IMG/VR virus record: IMGVR_UViG_3300028610_001044
Length of the DNA stretch: 45,440 nucleotides
Reading direction: 5' to 3' (one strand)
Source of the DNA: a virus
The notes under the pieces were generated by a model. It made no database searches and was not told the DNA's origin. It saw only the letters and a program-made list of their open reading frames with translations. Positions 41,730 through 45,440 of this stretch are shown here, piece after piece. Positions within the stretch are counted from its first letter, which is position 1. Each line of letters opens with the position of its first letter. The translations under genes and the position numbers were made by a program.

Positions 41730-42104
41730 TTAGACTAGCAACCCCAATGGTTTGATGGGCAGGGGAATCCCTCCCATGTAGGAAAGGACACAACCCCGTA
41801 CGGATGACGGTTGGGTTGGTTATTGCACTTGGATGGACTCACGGCCTAGCTTTACGTCCCAGATTACAAGTCTTTTGTGCGCACCCTCTTGCCGAAGCAA
41901 CTAGAACTGTTTTTTATCATCGTGAATTGTCTCTGGCTCTAACCCAGTTATACCGCTTGTTAAACGGGCAAGTCGTGTTCTTGCAACGGTACAGCATGGC
42001 TGCTATACTATCCTCACGATATTAAGCTAGGGTCATTGTAGAGTACCTCCCAGTGTTTTGCAAGCCCGCCAGAAACTCCCCGGCCCTCGCTGGGGTTTTT
42101 CTTT
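41730..42104 (+). ncRNA. Candidate ~375-nt non-coding RNA (class unknown)
   Basis: This stretch has no SD-preceded ORF in a genome that is otherwise densely coding. AT-rich promoter-like hexamers lie at 41685..41727, an intrinsic terminator lies at 42078..42104, and there are several local hairpins. Confidence 0.3.
42078..42104 (+). terminator. Rho-independent terminator CCCCGGC-CCTC-GCTGGGG + TTTTTCTTT
   Basis: 7-bp GC-rich stem (one G-U pair), a tetraloop and a T-tract, all read directly. Confidence 0.65.
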
Positions 42105-42148
42105 CCCCCACCCGCAACCAAGATTGCAACACCATAAACCATGATTAG

Positions 42149-42177
42149 TTGACAAACCAACCATACCTCCCTATGCT
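42149..42177 (+). promoter_or_regulatory. Sigma70-like promoter TTGACA-17 nt-TATGCT
   Basis: Consensus -35 hexamer, 17-nt spacer and a 4/6 match to the -10 consensus TATAAT. It sits directly after the terminator at 42078..42104. Confidence 0.55.
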
Positions 42178-42349
42178 ACGGATATGGCAACCAACGGAAG
42201 GACAACTATACCCCCGGCCCTGTCCTTACTTCTTGTTGATTGCCTGATCGTAAGAGGGTGGAGCGCAAGCGACACCAACAGGGCAGGGTCGGGACTTGAT
42301 TTAGGGTTAGGTTGTTGTCCTCAATCTACGATTGAGAGGAGAAAAGAAC

Positions 42350-42496
42350 GTGAACAGAGAACAAGAACATATAGTTGTGATTGCTTTGCTTGTTATGTTG
42401 GCGATGTGTTGGTTGGCCTGGAACTGGTCTGACTGGCAAATAAGAAAACAACAAATAATACAGAGCCAGAGTGAGTCTTCAAAGGCAGAGGACTAA
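42350..42496 (+). CDS. 48-aa membrane mini-protein
   Basis: GTG lies 8 nt after GAGGAG. TM segment IVVIALLVMLAMCWLAWNW. Confidence 0.5.
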   Translation: MNREQEHIVVIALLVMLAMCWLAWNWSDWQIRKQQIIQSQSESSKAED

Positions 42497-42508
42497 AAAA
42501 CAAGCTTT

Positions 42509-42568
42509 AGGGAGCGAATGGGTGAGCTTCATTTTGAGCAATTTGAACTGTTTTCTCATTCGCTCCCT
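42509..42568. promoter_or_regulatory. 12-bp perfect inverted repeat (AGGGAGCGAATG ... CATTCGCTCCCT) with 36-nt spacer; operator or terminator upstream of gene 42604
   Basis: The arms lie at 42509..42520 and 42557..42568. The spacer contains TTGAAC, and TATTTA follows the right arm. Confidence 0.6.
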
Positions 42569-42603
42569 ATTTAAATAGTAGACAACCGAAAGAGAGGAAG
42601 AAC

Positions 42604-43539
42604 ATGAGTAGAATACACAGAAGACGCATGACCGCAGAGGAAGTAGTAGGGGTTCGTATGTTCTGTGGAGCTAATCCCCACATGGGGGACACGAAGGTAG
42701 GGAAAGTCTTTAACATTGATAAGGCAACCGTGTGGAGGATTCGTAAAGGGCAGGGAGCTAAGACCTCGATGACTAAATCAGAAGCGGGGCGGTTAGGTCG
42801 ATTGGCGAAGCAGGCCAAGAAAGAGCAAGAGTTCCCACAGACAGCCGGAAGACCCCTGACCGATGCTCTCGTTGAGTCCCTGGAACCGGCAGCTAAAGTC
42901 TATGAGGTGCGCTGCTCTAAGCTAACTGGATTTATGTTGCGGGTACAGCCCGGAGGCGTAAAAACCTATTATGTTGAGTATAAGCGGGGTAAGCGGGAGA
43001 AGCTTGGGCGCTCTGACATTCTTGCCGCAGACGAAGCCAGAGCCAAGGCCCGTGAGACTATCAGGGTGAAAGGGAAGTACCCGGTCACGCTAGAGGCCAA
43101 GAGAGAAGCAGTAGAGACACTGGTGCGCCCCAAAGAGGAGAAAGACGATCTCTTTGCTCTCATCGGTCAGGACTACTACTCAGCCCTTGAGGATGCAGTT
43201 AAGACCAGGGACGAAGAAATCAGGCTGTTGGGTGTTGATAATACCCATCTCCTTACGGCCAATGCGGACTTGGCCCAAGAGAGCCACAAACGGGGAGATG
43301 CACTCAAGACAATAGCTACCGAGCTAAAGTTGGGTGAAGATATTATTGCTGCCCAGAAGGACGAGATACTAAAACTGGAAGAAGAGAGAGATGCGGCCCT
43401 AGCGGAGAACAAGGAACTACAGAACACCCACAACAGCATCCTTTCATCGGCTATGGACAGACTAAGAGGCAGAGCGGCCAGTGTTCTGCGTGAAGAAGAA
43501 GTAGATAAGATGATGAGGCGCCCGCAGGAAAGACCATGA
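42604..43539 (+). CDS. DNA-binding regulator: N-terminal HTH, then integrase Arm-type domain (DUF4102-like), then coiled coil; no recombinase catalytic domain
   Basis: VGKVFNIDKATVWRIRKG is HTH-like. LTDALVESLEPAAKVYEVRCSKLTGFMLRVQPGGVKTYYVEYKRGKREKLG...DEARAKA matches the P4-type integrase N-terminal pattern. The C-terminal ~130 aa are heptad-rich. Confidence 0.7.
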   Translation: MSRIHRRRMTAEEVVGVRMFCGANPHMGDTKVGKVFNIDKATVWRIRKGQGAKTSMTKSEAGRLGRLAKQAKKEQEFPQTAGRPLTDALVESLEPAAKVYEVRCSKLTGFMLRVQPGGVKTYYVEYKRGKREKLGRSDILAADEARAKARETIRVKGKYPVTLEAKREAVETLVRPKEEKDDLFALIGQDYYSALEDAVKTRDEEIRLLGVDNTHLLTANADLAQESHKRGDALKTIATELKLGEDIIAAQKDEILKLEEERDAALAENKELQNTHNSILSSAMDRLRGRAASVLREEEVDKMMRRPQERP

Positions 43540-43679
43540 ACGTAGTGGTTTATCTGGTTGTGATGGCCGCAAACCTAATTGCATGGTTGGCATGGGCTAA
43601 CCCGATAAATATGTTTGTAATGGGGTGGGCGTGGGGGTTTATGGTAAGCGCCTTTCTCAACCGCAAGGTTGAGGACTAA
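43536..43679 (+). CDS. 47-aa membrane mini-protein
   Basis: ATGA coupling. Hydrophobic sequence VVVYLVVMAANLIAWLAW... Confidence 0.5.
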   Translation: MNVVVYLVVMAANLIAWLAWANPINMFVMGWAWGFMVSAFLNRKVED

Positions 43680-43822
43680 TGCTAACTTACGAAGAAGTAA
43701 GATGGATAGTAGTCTTTGTATCCATAGGCATGTTAGCCGCAGGAACCGCCCTAGGAACAGGAATAGGAATCTGGTACAGAGAAAAGAAACATGATGAGTT
43801 AAGGGAGGACAAGGATGGTTGA
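43679..43822 (+). CDS. 47-aa membrane mini-protein
   Basis: TAATG coupling. TM segment WIVVFVSIGMLAAGTALGTGIGIW. Confidence 0.5.
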   Translation: MLTYEEVRWIVVFVSIGMLAAGTALGTGIGIWYREKKHDELREDKDG

Positions 43823-44063
43823 CGGATGGTTTCGCAAGGCAGTTAAGCAGTTCTTCACGTTTGATGAGGGGTTGGGATGGCAGGTCGTCGGAATAGCGAT
43901 AGGGGTGGCCTGGGCACGCGTGAGGCCTAATATATCCATTACAGATGCGGTTATTATAGCGTTTATTGGGTTTGGCATCCTCGTCTATTGTCGAAGCAAA
44001 AAGCTTAGAGCCACCAGCGATAACGAAGTTATCGGGACAAAACCATTTAAGGAGGAAGAATGA
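43815..44063 (+). CDS. Small membrane protein
   Basis: 82-aa ORF with GGGAGGACAAGG upstream and 2 hydrophobic segments. Confidence 0.65.
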   Translation: MVDGWFRKAVKQFFTFDEGLGWQVVGIAIGVAWARVRPNISITDAVIIAFIGFGILVYCRSKKLRATSDNEVIGTKPFKEEE

Positions 44064-44284
44064 AAGTAACAAGGTATGTGAGTGATAATGCACTAAAGGA
44101 AATCAGAGGAGATGCTGGCGGGAGCCTTGGGATACAGCGGGCCTTTACAACAAAGAAAGGCGGCTGCTGGGACAACAAAATCATCATCGAACTACCAGAC
44201 GAAAACATGATTACCATAGACGGCAAAGAGTACTCCGAAAGTACTATCCACAAAGCATTGAAAGAATACGTGGGAGGAGAATGA
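44060..44284 (+). CDS. Hypothetical protein
   Basis: 74-aa ORF, ATGA-coupled, with AAGGAGGAAGA upstream. Confidence 0.7.
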   Translation: MKVTRYVSDNALKEIRGDAGGSLGIQRAFTTKKGGCWDNKIIIELPDENMITIDGKEYSESTIHKALKEYVGGE

Positions 44285-44682
44285 TGACAGACAAGAGCGT
44301 AGAGAAAGTATTGGAGTCCCTAAAGGATGCAGGAGGGCAGGCAGTAGAGCAGATAGGTGAACTTATCCAACTAGGCTGGCCGTATTTCGTCAGACAGCAG
44401 GCTATTGTTGGTGTTACAGGGATATTGGCAACAATCACTATATTGGCGATTGCTTTTGTGTTTATGCGGGTGGCATTGGCAAGCCACAAGAAAGACGTAG
44501 AGGCCAAGCCACAGAGCATGTACCCAGCAACAGGGCCAACATTCGTTCTTACTGTGGTAGCTATTCTCGCGGGCGTTGTCGCTGCGGTATTGCTTCTCAT
44601 AACCTTTCTAGATTTTCTGCCTCGTATGCTGAATCCCAACTATTATGCTATTCAGGCGTTGTTGTCTATGGTGAGAGGATAG
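44281..44682 (+). CDS. Membrane protein (about 3 TM segments)
   Basis: 133-aa ORF with the hydrophobic stretches IVGVTGILATITILAIAFVF and TFVLTVVAILAGVVAAVLLLITF. Confidence 0.7.
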   Translation: MMTDKSVEKVLESLKDAGGQAVEQIGELIQLGWPYFVRQQAIVGVTGILATITILAIAFVFMRVALASHKKDVEAKPQSMYPATGPTFVLTVVAILAGVVAAVLLLITFLDFLPRMLNPNYYAIQALLSMVRG

Positions 44683-44692
44683 GAGAATAAAC

Positions 44693-44929
44693 ATGGAAAA
44701 GCCCTTGTCAACGGAGTTGACGACCAAAAAAGACATGACTGTAAGTGAAGCAGGCCGTAAGGGAGGTAACACCACTAAAGAGAAGTATGGTTCTGATTAC
44801 TACAAGGAGATAGGAAAGAAAGGCGGGGACAAAACCAACAAAGTACATGGAACACCCCACTACGAGAAGATAGGACGTATAGGCGGTCAATCGAAAGGAA
44901 GAAATGAATTATCCAAAGCTAACGATTAA
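44693..44929 (+). CDS. KGG-repeat general-stress-protein homolog (GsiB/YciG-like hydrophilin)
   Basis: Three repeats: SEAGRKGGNTT / YYKEIGKKGGDKT / HYEKIGRIGGQSKG. They match the (F)Y.EIG.KGG stress-induced repeat. Confidence 0.75.
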   Translation: MEKPLSTELTTKKDMTVSEAGRKGGNTTKEKYGSDYYKEIGKKGGDKTNKVHGTPHYEKIGRIGGQSKGRNELSKAND

Positions 44930-45143
44930 GAAGACAGAGAAAGAGAACGAGATAGACGAGAGCCGGATGATGGAGGTTAAAGATGATGGGGGCTTTACGA
45001 TTGGTGGTTACCGCCGCTACATACAAGTGAAAGACGGGTCAAGTGCTTTTGGAGACAAGGCACTCTACCTGTGTGAATCTTTTGAGTGGGTGCTTGGAGC
45101 AGATGAACAAGGCCGACCCATCTTAGTCCCACTAAAGAAATGA
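44904..45143 (+). CDS. Hypothetical protein
   Basis: 79-aa ORF overlapping the upstream gene by 26 nt. Confidence 0.65.
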   Translation: MNYPKLTIKKTEKENEIDESRMMEVKDDGGFTIGGYRRYIQVKDGSSAFGDKALYLCESFEWVLGADEQGRPILVPLKK

Positions 45144-45238
45144 TTACCCTAGAGGCGATCATAGCAACAGAGACAAGACTACTGGAAGACCAACTTCTAG
45201 CTGAGAGCTGGATAGCAGAAGCATTAGAGGAGGACTAA
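45140..45238 (+). CDS. Possible 32-aa acidic mini-protein
   Basis: ATGA and TAATG coupling at its two ends. Based on manual translation. Confidence 0.4.
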   Translation: MITLEAIIATETRLLEDQLLAESWIAEALEED

Positions 45239-45440
45239 TGGAAACAAAAGTAATACAGGACGTAAAGGATTCAGATAAGCCAGATAAATCAGGGAAGTAC
45301 TATAAGGTGGTTTATTGGACAGACGGGACAAAGAATAATCTGTTCCCCTCATATGACGCAGAGAAGATAGCCTGTGCGATAGAAAACAAAGGCTACCCGG
45401 TAGAAGTCGAGTTGGAACAGGATGGACTGTTCACCAACGT
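45238..45440 (+). CDS. 5' portion of the wrap-around gene (continues at bases 145..433 of the unique sequence)
   Basis: ATG follows GAGGAGGACTA. The frame is open to the window end and reads into the terminal repeat. Confidence 0.7.
   Translation, partial: METKVIQDVKDSDKPDKSGKYYKVVYWTDGTKNNLFPSYDAEKIACAIENKGYPVEVELEQDGLFTN
45297..45440. repeat. Terminal direct repeat, copy B (identical to 1..144)
   Basis: 144/144 identity with the window start. Confidence 0.95.

Noticed and set aside
41804-42025. 73-aa plus-strand ORF (and the 82-aa ORF at 42184..42432) in the rtcB-adjacent gap
   Set aside because: Neither has an SD. Their composition looks like random translation of structured DNA. ORF 42184..42432 starts at the predicted TSS of promoter 42149..42177 and overlaps the better-supported SD-preceded mini-gene at 42350. 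The region is treated as non-coding instead.
41700-42350. tRNA or tmRNA genes near rtcB
   Set aside because: I found no GTTCRANYC T-loop with a matching 5-bp stem, no acceptor-stem pairing and no tmRNA-like termini on either strand. This was a scan by eye only; tRNAscan-SE or ARAGORN should confirm it.
42604-43539. Integrase or a lysogeny module
   Set aside because: Only the Arm-type N-terminal domain pattern is present. No catalytic R-H-R-Y region, excisionase, CI-like repressor pair or att-like tRNA fragment was found.

Overview
The window is a complete dsDNA tailed-phage genome of about 45.3 kb. Bases 1..144 are identical to 45297..45440, and this repeat falls inside a gene (ATG 45238, running through to 433). 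The contig is therefore a circularised or terminally redundant assembly with 45,296 unique bp. Coding density is very high, with many ATGA or 4-30 nt start/stop overlaps.

Layout:
- 0.4-9.5 kb: plus-strand early region of about 35 very small ORFs, many Cys-rich or zinc-ribbon-like. It also carries an HNH protein (1113..1898), a VRR-NUC nuclease (3910..4215) and an RHH-type protein. A small minus-strand island sits at 5.5-6.7 kb.
- 9.5-13.9 kb: translationally coupled accessory operon. It holds a Tat-signal mini-protein, two SAM methyltransferases, a TagF-like transferase, a TagD-like cytidylyltransferase, endonuclease VII, an inverted-repeat-flanked ORF and a GxGPSL-motif protein.
- 14.1-38.2 kb: packaging and morphogenesis in podovirus-like order. 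This comprises a GpA-type large terminase, portal, scaffold, a major capsid gene split by a ~1 kb HNH-encoding insertion, and two paralogous decoration-like proteins. It continues with a two-domain GT2 glycosyltransferase, lectin-like proteins, tail proteins, three internal or ejection-type proteins, an M15 peptidase and a fiber-like protein.
- 38.2-39.2 kb: lysis genes (membrane protein plus Amidase_2 endolysin).
- 39.2-41.7 kb: minus-strand operon with RtcB RNA ligase, an HTH protein and three Cys-rich mini-proteins.
- 41.7-42.1 kb: ORF-free unit with promoter-like and terminator signals (candidate ncRNA).
- 42.3-45.3 kb: an HTH plus integrase-Arm-domain-only regulator, a run of small membrane proteins and a KGG-repeat stress-protein homolog.

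I could not recognise any DNA polymerase, primase, helicase, RNA polymerase, integrase catalytic domain, tRNA, rRNA or CRISPR array. All functional calls rest on motifs read by eye and on synteny; no database search was run.
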